Positions 16,388 through 25,565 of a stretch of 25,565 nucleotides of DNA are shown here, in pieces. The notes beneath the pieces were generated by a model, which searched no databases, was not told the origin of the DNA, and saw nothing but the letters and a program-made list of their open reading frames with translations. The stretch's first letter is position 1. The number at the start of each line of letters is the position of its first letter. This stretch comes from Candidatus Latescibacterota bacterium (lineage in GTDB: Bacteria > Latescibacterota > UBA2968): positions 1 to 25,565 of the forward strand of contig JAYODI010000083.1 of NCBI GenBank assembly GCA_038279365.1, read 5' to 3'. A program made the position numbers and the translations under genes.

Positions 16388-17815
16388 TTATGCACAGTAT
16401 GTTTCCCACACGGGCAGTGTGCCTGTGGTGGGGCCATTTTGCTTGATCAATTTTTGACCGTCAGTAAACCCTTCGGGGCGATGGGTGAGTTCTTGGATGA
16501 GGCGTTGACGCCAGGTGGTGATTTCATTTGTCCATTTGGGATCGGTTGAAAGGTCCATCATTTCGTTGGGATCATTTTCAAGGTCAAAAAACAGCTCGCG
16601 ATCTTGCCCGGGCAACCAAATGTATTTGTGTTTGCCATTGGTGAGATATTGCATGCCACTGTCTGAACTGGGCACGTTGGCACATTCGCCGTGTACATAT
16701 TCTCGCCAAGTGGATTGGGGATTGCGAATAATGGGCAATACACTTTGGCCATCTACCGTGTCGGGAATGGGCACACCAACGGCGTCGAGTAAAGTGGGCA
16801 TAATGTCCATGAGTTCAACGGGGTGGTCAATGACTTGTTGTTGGGGAAGGCCCAAGCTGTTGGGAAACTTCATGAGTAAGGGAACGCGTGCTGAGGGTTC
16901 AAAAGGGTTGCGTTTGCGCAACCATTGATGGTCGCCGAGCATTTCGCCGTGGTCTGAGGCGAAGACGACAATGGTGTTTTCGGGTAAAACACGGCCACTG
17001 ACAAGGCGGGCAATTTGGTGGTCGATGTGCTCGATGCAGCCGTAATAGCCTGCTCGTGTGGCTTTCATAACAGGGGCATCGAGGCACAACCGCCAACATT
17101 CGGGTTGGAGACCACGCACGGGGCCTTCAAAAACACGTGCCCAGTCGCCGACAAAGGGTTCGGGCAAATCCATGGCCATGTATTTGTCGAAATAAAAGGC
17201 GGGTGGTGTGACAGGTTGGTGCGGATGGATAAAGTTGACGGCTAAGAACCACGGTTGGTCGTCGGTTTGGGCGTCGATAAATTCGAGGCCTTTTTGGGTG
17301 GCCCAATTGGTGAAGTGTAGGTGATCATCTAAATGCCACGGTCGGCCAGGAAAACCATTGCTGTACATGCCGTGGGCATCGGAGGCACGGTGAAAGGGGG
17401 CGCCATTTTCTTTGACGTAGGTTTGGTAATCGTTGTCAACGCCCGATATGGGGCTGTCGGCCCAATCTGCAGTGTCAAAACCCAATTCTGTAGCAGGCGG
17501 GCCCCAGTGGGCTTTGCCAGAAAGGTGGGTGCGATAGCCCGCTTTTTTAAGTATGCCAGGCAATGTGGGCCAAGGAAGTGGGGCATTGGTATTTTGTAGA
17601 GCACCGTGGTTTTGGGGTTTGCGCCCAGTGATGACGGTGCGACGGGCAGGCACACAAACAGGGCAGGCGGAATAAGCACTGGAAAAGCGCACTCCTGATG
17701 CGGCCATATAATCCAGGTTGGGTGTTTGCAACACGGGGTGGCCTTCAATACCGAGACAATCGCCGCGCTGTTGGTCGGTCATGATGAACAGGATGTTGGG
17801 TTTGGTATTGGACAT
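16388..17815 (-). CDS. Cys-type (formylglycine-dependent) sulfatase, arylsulfatase/choline-sulfatase-like
   Basis: It has KPNILFIMTDQQR, the CxPxR motif CVPAR, GKAH, HPH, SDHGEMLGDH and ELFFDLENDPNE. There is no signal peptide. Confidence 0.93.
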   Translation of the reverse strand: MSNTKPNILFIMTDQQRGDCLGIEGHPVLQTPNLDYMAASGVRFSSAYSACPVCVPARRTVITGRKPQNHGALQNTNAPLPWPTLPGILKKAGYRTHLSGKAHWGPPATELGFDTADWADSPISGVDNDYQTYVKENGAPFHRASDAHGMYSNGFPGRPWHLDDHLHFTNWATQKGLEFIDAQTDDQPWFLAVNFIHPHQPVTPPAFYFDKYMAMDLPEPFVGDWARVFEGPVRGLQPECWRLCLDAPVMKATRAGYYGCIEHIDHQIARLVSGRVLPENTIVVFASDHGEMLGDHQWLRKRNPFEPSARVPLLMKFPNSLGLPQQQVIDHPVELMDIMPTLLDAVGVPIPDTVDGQSVLPIIRNPQSTWREYVHGECANVPSSDSGMQYLTNGKHKYIWLPGQDRELFFDLENDPNEMMDLSTDPKWTNEITTWRQRLIQELTHRPEGFTDGQKLIKQNGPTTGTLPVWETYCA

Positions 17816-17827
17816 GGGTTCTCCTGT

Positions 17828-19075
17828 TTAAAGTTTTGCGCTGGGTAAGTTGGCCATATGAATGGTTTCGCCACCGCTGTCTATAGATTGCAAGGCCGCA
17901 ACGATCATACGCGTGGCTTCGTAACCGTTGTATGCCGATACAAGGGGAGAGGCACCCTTGTAAAAGGTTTGTAATTCGCGTACCAATTCCAAATCGGCCC
18001 CAAAGTGAGATGAGTCAAAGTCGTCTTTTTTGCAGTCTATGACTTGGTGTGTTTGTCCGTGATCGGTAACGATGTCGAGCATGCCGGAGTGGCGTGTGAG
18101 GATAATGCGCCCTTTTGTGCCGACGAGTTCGAGGGTTTCTTGGTCTTCGGCTTTGGGGCCAAAGAAACTTAAAAATAGGGATGCGATCATACCATTTTCA
18201 TAAGCGATTTGGATGCTGGCATGGTCGAGAATGTCGGCGCCGGGCAAATAGACACAGGTGTCTACGCGACTGTATTCGTCATGAGCGTGAATCCACGAAT
18301 CACCTGTGAGAGAAAGTTCTTCGGGGCTTTTGATTTGGCCTCGTGTGGGATTGGCGCGATAGGGGCATTCGAGATCGCATTCGAGGCAGCGTGTGGGTGC
18401 ATCTTTTTTGGGTGTGAAAACGCGTTGTCCACCAAAGCCTGTAATTTTAACGGCCTGGCTGCCCGTGAACCAGTTGAAGACATCCATGTGATGAGACGAT
18501 TTGTCGTTGATGGCATCGCCGGACCATTGTCGTTTGCGGTGCCAACGGTGAAAGTAGGTGTTGAAAGGAATGATGTCGCGAATTTGAAGCATGTGTAAGT
18601 CACCAATGACGCCGTCTTGCAAGAGTTGGTAGGCTTTGCGCCAGGGTGCTTCATAACGTCTTGTAAAACCCAATATCATAGGGTTTTGGGTGCGTTTTTC
18701 GGCTTCAATGATGGCAATGGTGTCTTCGAGTGTGTGGGCGATGGGTTTGTCGAGGTAAACTTTTTTGCCCGATTCTAAGGCGACAATTGCGGGGTCTTTG
18801 TGTGCACTTTGTGGGGTGGTAATCATGATGAGATGTACGTTGGGATCTTTGATGAGTTCTGTGGCGTTTGTGTAGGTGGCAATGGTGAGGTTTAGGCCTT
18901 GTTTTTGGAATTGGTTTTGGAGATAGGTTTGGGTTTCGGTGAGGCGTTCGGGACGAATGTCACACAATGCAGTTACGCGTAAGCCTGTTTGGTTGGTGAT
19001 TTCGGCAATGCGTTCGGCAAGGGTATTGACGCCCCGATATCCTGCGCCAATGATGCCAACGTTGATGGGGGTCAT
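17828..19075 (-). CDS. Gfo/Idh/MocA family oxidoreductase
   Basis: It has VGIIGAGYRG, ITTPQSAH, VYLDKPIA and DKSSHHMD, plus a Cys-rich insert (CLECDLECPY). Confidence 0.9.
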   Translation of the reverse strand: MTPINVGIIGAGYRGVNTLAERIAEITNQTGLRVTALCDIRPERLTETQTYLQNQFQKQGLNLTIATYTNATELIKDPNVHLIMITTPQSAHKDPAIVALESGKKVYLDKPIAHTLEDTIAIIEAEKRTQNPMILGFTRRYEAPWRKAYQLLQDGVIGDLHMLQIRDIIPFNTYFHRWHRKRQWSGDAINDKSSHHMDVFNWFTGSQAVKITGFGGQRVFTPKKDAPTRCLECDLECPYRANPTRGQIKSPEELSLTGDSWIHAHDEYSRVDTCVYLPGADILDHASIQIAYENGMIASLFLSFFGPKAEDQETLELVGTKGRIILTRHSGMLDIVTDHGQTHQVIDCKKDDFDSSHFGADLELVRELQTFYKGASPLVSAYNGYEATRMIVAALQSIDSGGETIHMANLPSAKL

Positions 19076-19156
19076 TTTATGTCCTTGAGAGAAAACGGGG
19101 GCTTCTGTTTGTGGGGGCTATTTGATGGGCAACAATGTGTGAAGGTATCATTTGGC

Positions 19157-19888
19157 TTATTGTGAGAGGTGGCTGATGCAAATGGCAGAGGCCGCTGAAA
19201 CATTGAGTGAGGTGACGGCGCCTTTGGGTGTGATCCGACAAAGCGTGTCACATTTGTCACTGGTGAGGCGGCGCATGCCTGTTTCTTCGTTTCCAAGGAT
19301 TAAGAGCCACGGGCGGTCTGGTTTGATGGTTTGTAGATCTTGCTCGGCATGTTCGGATGTTCCCAATATCCAAAGGCCTGCTTCTTGGGCTTTGTCCAAT
19401 GTGCGGCTGAGATTGGTAACGAGGCTGAATGGCACGTATTCAATGCCACCTGACGCGACATCGAAAGCGGTGCCACTTAATGGTGCAGAGCGATCTGTGG
19501 TGATGATGATGCCGCGTACGTTGAAAAATGCGGCTGTGCGAAAAATGGCTCCCACGTTTTGTGGATCTTGTACGGTGTCAAGAGCCAACCAGAGGCCATT
19601 GGATATGTTGCTAAAAAGATCGGGTAATTCAACGCCTTCGTGTTCTTTCACAACGGCTTCGGCACTGCTTACCCGACCAGGATCTTGTTTGCCACGTCGG
19701 TCACGAGGGTTGCGCCGAATTTCTTGTTGGGCCTGTGTGGTGCGAATACCAATGGCTTCGGCTTCTTTTTGAACCTGCGTCCAGGCATCACCTGCTTGTT
19801 TGGTGGGCAAACGAATTTCGATGATGTCTTGGGCGCGTTTTTCGAGTGTGGCGAGAATGCTGTGTGGATTTTTGATGTAGATGGGCAT
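19157..19888 (-). CDS. rlmB: TrmH/SpoU family RNA 2'-O-methyltransferase (RlmB-like)
   Basis: It has the SPOUT motifs LDTVQDPQNVGAIFRTA, ILGNEETG and SLNVSAA, plus an N-terminal substrate-binding region. Confidence 0.8.
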   Translation of the reverse strand: MPIYIKNPHSILATLEKRAQDIIEIRLPTKQAGDAWTQVQKEAEAIGIRTTQAQQEIRRNPRDRRGKQDPGRVSSAEAVVKEHEGVELPDLFSNISNGLWLALDTVQDPQNVGAIFRTAAFFNVRGIIITTDRSAPLSGTAFDVASGGIEYVPFSLVTNLSRTLDKAQEAGLWILGTSEHAEQDLQTIKPDRPWLLILGNEETGMRRLTSDKCDTLCRITPKGAVTSLNVSAASAICISHLSQ

Positions 19889-19931
19889 TGGGTTTGTTTC
19901 GTTTGAGGGTTACATAAATGTGTAAGAACTG

Positions 19932-20699
19932 TTATTGTTTGCAAGCGGCATTAAAATCATCACTCAGGGCTGACCACGCATATTTGGTTTCAATTTCTCG
20001 AATGGCAATTTCTGTGGCGGTTAGTTGATTGACAGAATCGTGAAATTCGACACCTGTGGTGGCATCGCGCAATAAGATGACATTGTAGCCTTTGTGACAA
20101 GTGGCAATGAGACCATAGTCGCGATTGATGATGCACCAATTGGTGGCAAACCCTGCGTAAAATACGTGAAGAATTTTGCGTTCAGCTAAGGTTTGGTGGA
20201 GCTGTTCCCCGGTGGCAATGATGGGCTCATTGGGCAAGGGTTTGGTGAGAGGGGAAATTTTGAGTTCGGTGACGTAACGTGCCAAGGCTTCATCGAGCCG
20301 AGGTTCTGGGTTGCGTCCAAATTCGTTTGGACGATAGAGACTGCGAAATTCGGCGGGTGGCCATTGTTGTGGGTGTGAGGGTGGGGTCTGTTGTTGTTGT
20401 GGCATACACTCAGGGTGATGGCTTTCGACCACGCGTGGTGATGGGGCATGAATGATGGTAAGGCCAATGCTGCGTGCAGCTTCAATGAGTGGCACAATTT
20501 TTTGTTGGGTGATTTGAGTGGCTCGGTTAAGCCAAGAGTCGATATAGTGTGTGCTCCAGACATCTACGAGGACGATGGCGGCTTGTTCTGCGGGAATGGA
20601 TAAGGTTTTTTCGACAAAGTGGAAATTTTCTTCGTTACAGGACACATTTTTGTCTGTATAAACGCGGTAGTAGCGTGCGGGGATGTTGAGTGTTTTCAT
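19932..20699 (-). CDS. Isochorismatase-like cysteine hydrolase
   Basis: It has AIVLVDVW, IIHAP, YAGFATNWCI and ILLRDATT. Confidence 0.8.
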   Translation of the reverse strand: MKTLNIPARYYRVYTDKNVSCNEENFHFVEKTLSIPAEQAAIVLVDVWSTHYIDSWLNRATQITQQKIVPLIEAARSIGLTIIHAPSPRVVESHHPECMPQQQQTPPSHPQQWPPAEFRSLYRPNEFGRNPEPRLDEALARYVTELKISPLTKPLPNEPIIATGEQLHQTLAERKILHVFYAGFATNWCIINRDYGLIATCHKGYNVILLRDATTGVEFHDSVNQLTATEIAIREIETKYAWSALSDDFNAACKQ

Positions 20700-21460
20700 G
20701 ATGTTGTGCCTTCTTTATCAATGGGGCTGTAAACAATGGCGTCGTATTGATCGTTTTGGATATAGCCAAGTTTTTGAGCAAGTTTGGCTGAGATGGCGTT
20801 GGCGGCGCTCCAGTGAGGTGAGATATTGTTTTGCAAGCAATGGGCAACAAGTGTTGCACTGGTGCAGGTAGCGAGGCCTTTTTGTTTGTGGGCATCTTTG
20901 GTATAGATTTGCACTTCGATGCCCGTGTTGCTGTTGGTATAGGCAACGGCAACAGAAGCGACCTGATTGTTTTGGAGTGCAAAAAAGCCTATACCATTTT
21001 GATATAATGCTTCGGCATGGATATAAGTGGTGCCTGTGTATTCTCGTTTTGCAAGGTCTTGATTGAGACGTTGGATTTGGTAACCTGGTGGCGTGTGCTG
21101 AGCGAATTTTTGAACGTGAGTAAGGTTTAACTTGTCAAATGAGAATCCGGTGCGTTTGTAGGTTGAACAATGTTCTCCTACAAGATGAAGGATGCGTTTT
21201 TTCCAATTGTCTGTTTCGGCTATGAGCAATCCACGCGGACTGGTTTTGATTAAGGTTTCGGCAAGGGGATGATCGGGATCTCCCGCAAAGAGTTTAAAGG
21301 CCCCTAACTGTAGACGGGCAACGCACGGGTTTGTTGGATCATCTGCAAAGGATTGGCCGTAAGGTTTTTCGAGTATGGCATCTATGACGACCCGTTGGCG
21401 AATGTGTTTTTTGAACAATGAGGCAAGTATCGCACGTTTTTGTGAAGGAATTTCGATCAT
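20696..21460 (-). CDS. GNAT family N-acetyltransferase
   Basis: The C-terminal GNAT motifs are GIEVQIYT...HKQKGLAT...PHWSAANAISAKLAQKLGY. It overlaps the next gene by 4 bp. Confidence 0.85.
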   Translation of the reverse strand: MIEIPSQKRAILASLFKKHIRQRVVIDAILEKPYGQSFADDPTNPCVARLQLGAFKLFAGDPDHPLAETLIKTSPRGLLIAETDNWKKRILHLVGEHCSTYKRTGFSFDKLNLTHVQKFAQHTPPGYQIQRLNQDLAKREYTGTTYIHAEALYQNGIGFFALQNNQVASVAVAYTNSNTGIEVQIYTKDAHKQKGLATCTSATLVAHCLQNNISPHWSAANAISAKLAQKLGYIQNDQYDAIVYSPIDKEGTTS

Positions 21461-21469
21461 GGGGTTGCC

Positions 21470-21979
21470 TTATTGACTTTGAAATGTATCACTTCTTGGA
21501 ATGCGCGTGGGGGGGTGAGTTTCTATTTTTAATGTTTTGATCACTGGGTGTGTGCCGGCACCGTGGTTATACACCAGATGACCGCCAGTGTAACCAGAGA
21601 GTCCGACCAATGTTGCGACAATGAGCGCTCCTAAAAGGTATATATATTGTGTGGTGTGGGTAAATTGTTTTTTGATGGTGAGGTGAATACGTGTAAGTGT
21701 GAGAATCACAGCAAGAATGGCGGTTGCTGTGCCAAGGGTATCGTGCCAATCTAAATCGGCGTATATGTTTGGAATGTGTTGTGCGGTTTCGGCGGCATAA
21801 TTGCCTGTGAGTGCGGCGGGTATGGTTGTGAGTGTGCCAAGGGCAAAGAGCAGAAATCCAATTTGCAAAAAAAGATCGCGTTTGCCCAATATGCCAATGG
21901 TGTCGCAAAGAGCACCGACAATGAGTAGGGCAATGGGAAAATGGATGATGAGGGGGTGAATGTCCACGGGATGCTCCAT
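21470..21979 (-). CDS. DUF2231-like membrane protein
   Basis: It has the HPLIIHFPIAL motif, about 4 hydrophobic helices, a conserved His and GGHLVYNHG. Confidence 0.8.
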   Translation of the reverse strand: MEHPVDIHPLIIHFPIALLIVGALCDTIGILGKRDLFLQIGFLLFALGTLTTIPAALTGNYAAETAQHIPNIYADLDWHDTLGTATAILAVILTLTRIHLTIKKQFTHTTQYIYLLGALIVATLVGLSGYTGGHLVYNHGAGTHPVIKTLKIETHPPTRIPRSDTFQSQ

Positions 21980-22035
21980 AAGCGGTGGTGTGTGTTGAAG
22001 GGTTAAAATAAGAAAAATATGCTTTTTACAAAATA

Positions 22036-22070
22036 AAAACAGGCGTGAGCGTTTTGCTCGCGCCTGTTTT
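22036..22070 (-). terminator. Rho-independent terminator downstream of phoD
   Basis: AAAACAGGCGTGAGC-GTTTT-GCTCGCGCCTGTTTT is a stem flanked by A/T tracts. Confidence 0.75.
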
Positions 22071-22093
22071 ATTGGAGTGTTTCATTTTCTGTA

Positions 22094-23434
22094 TTATTCA
22101 GATTTGGGACTGAGGTCTTTTTCTGAGAGACGGCGGTGAATTTGTACGTGTCCATTTTCGTCAATGATTTGGAGAGAGACGGTACGCTCTCCTTTTTTAC
22201 CGGCAAAGGAAACGGCACCAAAATTATAACCGCGATACATAATGGCTGCCGATTGATTGTGCCCACCTGAGCCCGATGTTGGGTCGGTGGCAATAGGTTC
22301 TTTGCGAACACCTGTGTTGGAGCTGAGCAGTTCATAAAGCGGGTAGGCATCTTGTGGGCGGTGTAAGCGGTTGAGTGTGCCCACGTGCCAATCGCCTGCT
22401 AAGAAAAACACACCCGATATTTTTTCGCCAAACATCCACGTCAAAAAGTCATCGCGCTCTGTGCCCCAGTGTGACCAAAGTTCACCTTGGCCGTCAACGA
22501 CGGAACTGCCCCCTTGAACGATGATTTTGAAGGTGGCGGAACTTTTTGCGAGACTTTTTTTGAGCCAATCCATTTGTGCTTGACCAAACATGGTGGTGCG
22601 GTTTTCATCTTTGACCGATTCGCGGTGGTAGCGGTTGTCAAGCATAAAAAATTCGGCATCGGCAATTTTAAATTTGTAGAAAATGCCCTTGGTGTCGGCC
22701 AGGCCTGCACTGGGGTTGGCCCAATAGCGGTTGTAGAGGTCGAGTGTTTCCTCGCGCCATTTAAATGTTTTATCTGAGTTGTTGGGGCCAAAGTCGTGGT
22801 CGTCCCAAATGCCATAACTGGGTGTGGTGGCCATAAGGGTGCGAATACCTTGTAAGTGGCGTGTGTCTCGGTGATAGATGGCCATGGTTTCACGTATGAG
22901 ATTGGGATCTTCTCCAAATTCTAATTCTGGGCTGGGCAGATAATTGATGTCACCAATATATAAAAAAGCGGCAGGGCGAAATTGTACGGCTTTGTTCCAA
23001 ATGGGTTGATAAGGTACATTGCTGGGGTTCATGCAAGAACCAAAGGCAACCATGAAGTTGGCTACTTTGTCATCTTGAGGTTCGGGGGGTAAGGTGAAAA
23101 ATATTTGTGGTGATAAGGGGCGGATGAGGCGTTTGTTGAGGCGCACTTCGTAATGGATTTGTGCCTGGGGTGATAAGTTGTTTAATGTGACAACGGCCGT
23201 GTGTGGTGCGTCTTTTGTGGTTTTGCCACTGACCATATTTTTGTAAACAGCTTGGTTATTAGGAGCAACCCAATAGGTGATTTGGACATCTGACGGGACA
23301 TCGGTTTCAACCCAGATTTTTGCCGAGGTCGGTGTGGTATGTCCTACCATTGGTCCTGTTATCAGCTCTGCGGCGTAAAGTTGTGTGAACAGCAACAGCC
23401 CAAAGGGTGTTAATATGACAAGTAGACGAATCAC
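22094..23434 (-). CDS. phoD: Alkaline phosphatase D family protein
   Basis: It has a GTG start with an AAGGAG RBS, a signal peptide, GPMVGH, FGSC, IGDINY, IWDDHD, LDNRYHR and AGDWH. Confidence 0.88.
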   Translation of the reverse strand: MIRLLVILTPFGLLLFTQLYAAELITGPMVGHTTPTSAKIWVETDVPSDVQITYWVAPNNQAVYKNMVSGKTTKDAPHTAVVTLNNLSPQAQIHYEVRLNKRLIRPLSPQIFFTLPPEPQDDKVANFMVAFGSCMNPSNVPYQPIWNKAVQFRPAAFLYIGDINYLPSPELEFGEDPNLIRETMAIYHRDTRHLQGIRTLMATTPSYGIWDDHDFGPNNSDKTFKWREETLDLYNRYWANPSAGLADTKGIFYKFKIADAEFFMLDNRYHRESVKDENRTTMFGQAQMDWLKKSLAKSSATFKIIVQGGSSVVDGQGELWSHWGTERDDFLTWMFGEKISGVFFLAGDWHVGTLNRLHRPQDAYPLYELLSSNTGVRKEPIATDPTSGSGGHNQSAAIMYRGYNFGAVSFAGKKGERTVSLQIIDENGHVQIHRRLSEKDLSPKSE

Positions 23435-23572
23435 GTTTTTTCTCCTTTGATTAAGTGATAGAGTGTCATGGGTAAAAAATATAATTTGAGAAAGTGAATT
23501 TGGGGTTTCACTTGTGCGACAGATTGATTACAATAAAGGGTAAGATACGGTTACTGGTGAACTTCTACAAGG

Positions 23573-24919
23573 ATGGTTTCTATGGTTGATGGACTCAATA
23601 TTTTGTTTATGCATTCTCACAATACAGGTACATTTGTCGAACCTTATGGGCATGCGGTGCCCACACCCAATTTGCAAAAATTAGCAGAAGAAGGGGTGTT
23701 GTTTCGCAATGCATTTTCAACAGCGCCTACGTGTTCGCCCAGTCGGGCAAGTTTTTTGACGGGGATGTACCCCCATTCTTGTGGGATGCTTGGTTTGGCA
23801 CACCGTGGTTTTTCGATGTCCAATTACGATTGGCACGCTGCACGGGTTTTGAAGGCGAATGGTTATTTTACGGCGTCGTCGGGGGTAGAGCACACTGCGC
23901 CAGATTTGGACAGCATTGGGTATGATGTGATTTTGTCGGGTTTAGATACCAACTATCCCAATCAGCCCAATCGAATTGATCCAGCTGATGCGGTGGTCAA
24001 CTTTTTGAATGACGCACCCAAGCAGCCCTTTTTTATTAACTTGGGTTTAAATGAAACACATCGCCCATTTCATCAGGCAGAACCTGAGATTTATCCTGCT
24101 GAGCGCAAACAATTTTGTGTACCACCACGCCCACTGCCCGACACGCCAGAGACGCGTGCTGATACCGCTGATTTTAAGGCGTCGGCACGGGTGATGGACG
24201 ATGCATTTGGAAAGGTGTTGCGCGCACTTGATGATAATGGTTTGCGGGAGAATACGCTGGTGTTTTGTTTTGCCGATCACGGTTTACAGTTTCCGCGTAA
24301 TATGTGCAACTTAACCGATCATGGTTTGCGGGTCTACTGTGTGGTTCGGGGGCCGGGTGGGTTTGCGGGTGGCCAAGAGGTGAACGCATTGGTGAGTTTG
24401 ATGGATTTGTTGCCAACAGCTTATGAGGTGGCTGGCATTTTACCGCCCGATCATGTGGAAGGGTTTTCGTTGGTGGGGCTGATGGGCGGAGATGATGATA
24501 CGCTACACGACGCAATTTTTGGTGAGGTGAGTTATCACGCGGCTTATGAGCCAATGCGGTGTGTGCGCACTAAGAGATATAAATATATTCGTCGTTATGA
24601 CAACCGTGAGAAGTTGGTCTTGCCCAATGTAGACGATACACCGACAAAGGCGTTTTTGCTGAATCAAGATTGGGAAGATCAACCCCGCGATCAGGAGATG
24701 TTGTTTGATTTGATGTTTGATCCTGACGAGGCGCACAATATTGTGAATCGAGAGGATATGGCAGGGGTGGTTGCCGAAATGAAAGGGCGATTGGATGTGT
24801 GGATGCAATCAACCCATGATCCGCTTTTGCCTGCTGGCAGGGTGGCAGCACCTCGGGGGAGTAAGGTGAACAATGTGGATGGACGATCACCAAATGAACC
24901 AACCGAGCGAATCGGTTAA
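23573..24919 (+). CDS. Cys-type sulfatase (sulfamidase/N-sulfoglucosamine sulfohydrolase-like)
   Basis: It has the CxPxR motif TCSPSR, GMLGLAHRG, ETHRPF, ADHG and LFDLMFDPDE. The start is ATG23573 or ATG23582. Confidence 0.9.
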   Translation: MVSMVDGLNILFMHSHNTGTFVEPYGHAVPTPNLQKLAEEGVLFRNAFSTAPTCSPSRASFLTGMYPHSCGMLGLAHRGFSMSNYDWHAARVLKANGYFTASSGVEHTAPDLDSIGYDVILSGLDTNYPNQPNRIDPADAVVNFLNDAPKQPFFINLGLNETHRPFHQAEPEIYPAERKQFCVPPRPLPDTPETRADTADFKASARVMDDAFGKVLRALDDNGLRENTLVFCFADHGLQFPRNMCNLTDHGLRVYCVVRGPGGFAGGQEVNALVSLMDLLPTAYEVAGILPPDHVEGFSLVGLMGGDDDTLHDAIFGEVSYHAAYEPMRCVRTKRYKYIRRYDNREKLVLPNVDDTPTKAFLLNQDWEDQPRDQEMLFDLMFDPDEAHNIVNREDMAGVVAEMKGRLDVWMQSTHDPLLPAGRVAAPRGSKVNNVDGRSPNEPTERIG

Positions 24920-25061
24920 ACGCAAGGGTATGTCGGTATTTTTTTAAGAAGGCACTTAATTTTTACAAATTTATATTTTTGTAAACTTTTTAATATAAAA
25001 TATTGATTTTTATACAGACTTTGCATCTGTTAAAATATATAAAATGCTTATTGTGTGGCAA

Positions 25062-25529
25062 TTAAAGTGTATCCACCCGTGCCGAGGAAAATGTATCTGG
25101 CATTTCAAAGCGAAACACACCCAAACTGTCTGATGAGGTTGTACGCAAAACCTCTTTGCTTAAGGCGCCTAAAATAGCAGTGGAGTCGAGCAAACCCAAA
25201 TCGCGTTGCGGGATGGGAGCGAGAAGGGTGGTGTGCGACGAAAAGATGTGTGTCGATGCCAAAACAATAAAACAAGCCATTGCCATCCCAAATGCAGCTT
25301 GATAAATGGGAATGCGAAAACGAATGATATGATGCAAGTTTTGGCGCATATTTTTGCGCGGTTTTAATCTGTTTCGCACCCGTTGCTGTATGGCTGGGTT
25401 GGGCGTGAGGCCACCCGTTTTGGGAACGGATAGGTGTTGGGTGAGTAGGTGCGTCATTTTTGGAGATGCCTCTTTTGGGGGAGTATCGTTTGCCAATGCA
25501 TTTTGAAACTCATTTGCCATTTTTTTCAT
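25062..25529 (-). CDS. Hypothetical single-pass membrane protein (possibly anti-sigma-like)
   Basis: A GAGAGG RBS precedes ATG25529. There is one hydrophobic segment (IPIYQAAFGMAMACFIVLA) after a basic cytoplasmic N-terminus. The anti-sigma role is only a guess from topology. Confidence 0.6.
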   Translation of the reverse strand: MKKMANEFQNALANDTPPKEASPKMTHLLTQHLSVPKTGGLTPNPAIQQRVRNRLKPRKNMRQNLHHIIRFRIPIYQAAFGMAMACFIVLASTHIFSSHTTLLAPIPQRDLGLLDSTAILGALSKEVLRTTSSDSLGVFRFEMPDTFSSARVDTL

Positions 25530-25565
25530 ATACACCTCTCGTCACGATAAGGATTGTGCCGTTTT

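Noticed and set aside
15486-16409. 307-aa antisense ORF
   Set aside because: It is a shadow of the well-supported hydroxyacid dehydrogenase on the opposite strand and has no recognisable motifs.
19152-19772. 206-aa plus-strand ORF
   Set aside because: It is antisense to the RlmB-like gene, which has clear SPOUT motifs.
24935-25061. Replication origin
   Set aside because: No clear TTATCCACA DnaA boxes, no skew switch and no dnaA-region genes are visible.
25542-25565. 3' end of an upstream minus-strand gene (possibly an ECF sigma factor)
   Set aside because: Only about 7 codons (KTAQSLS-stop) are visible, which is too little to support a call.

Overview
A gene-dense bacterial window of moderate GC, with the + strand G/T-rich. 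The gene content suggests an FCB-related candidate lineage such as Latescibacterota or Handelsmanbacteria (inference). The centrepiece is a complete six-gene, non-actinobacterial ubiquitin-like tagging/proteasome operon at about 4976-11650: arc/mpa, dop, UBact (62 aa, ending RTGE), prcB, prcA and pafA. It has its own sigma70-like promoter, a leader hairpin and a bidirectional terminator. UBact operons are known bioinformatically but, to my knowledge, are not biochemically characterised. This copy has several oddities: the ATPase lacks the C-terminal GQYL docking motif, the ATPase may start at a non-canonical AUA codon, and the modifier already ends in Glu. Left of the operon are two FlgD-Ig/T9SS-CTD-like secreted proteins, a Gfo/Idh/MocA oxidoreductase and two hypothetical genes. 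To the right are a DUF1854-like protein, an ABC exporter, a molybdopterin oxidoreductase and a structured intergenic region containing a 120-bp tandem duplication with REP-like hairpins. These are followed by a D-2-hydroxyacid dehydrogenase, two sulfatases, a second Gfo/Idh/MocA, an RlmB-like methyltransferase, an isochorismatase-like hydrolase, a GNAT, a DUF2231-like membrane protein and PhoD. I saw no tRNA, rRNA, CRISPR array or transposase. All family calls come from motif recognition by eye, not database searches.
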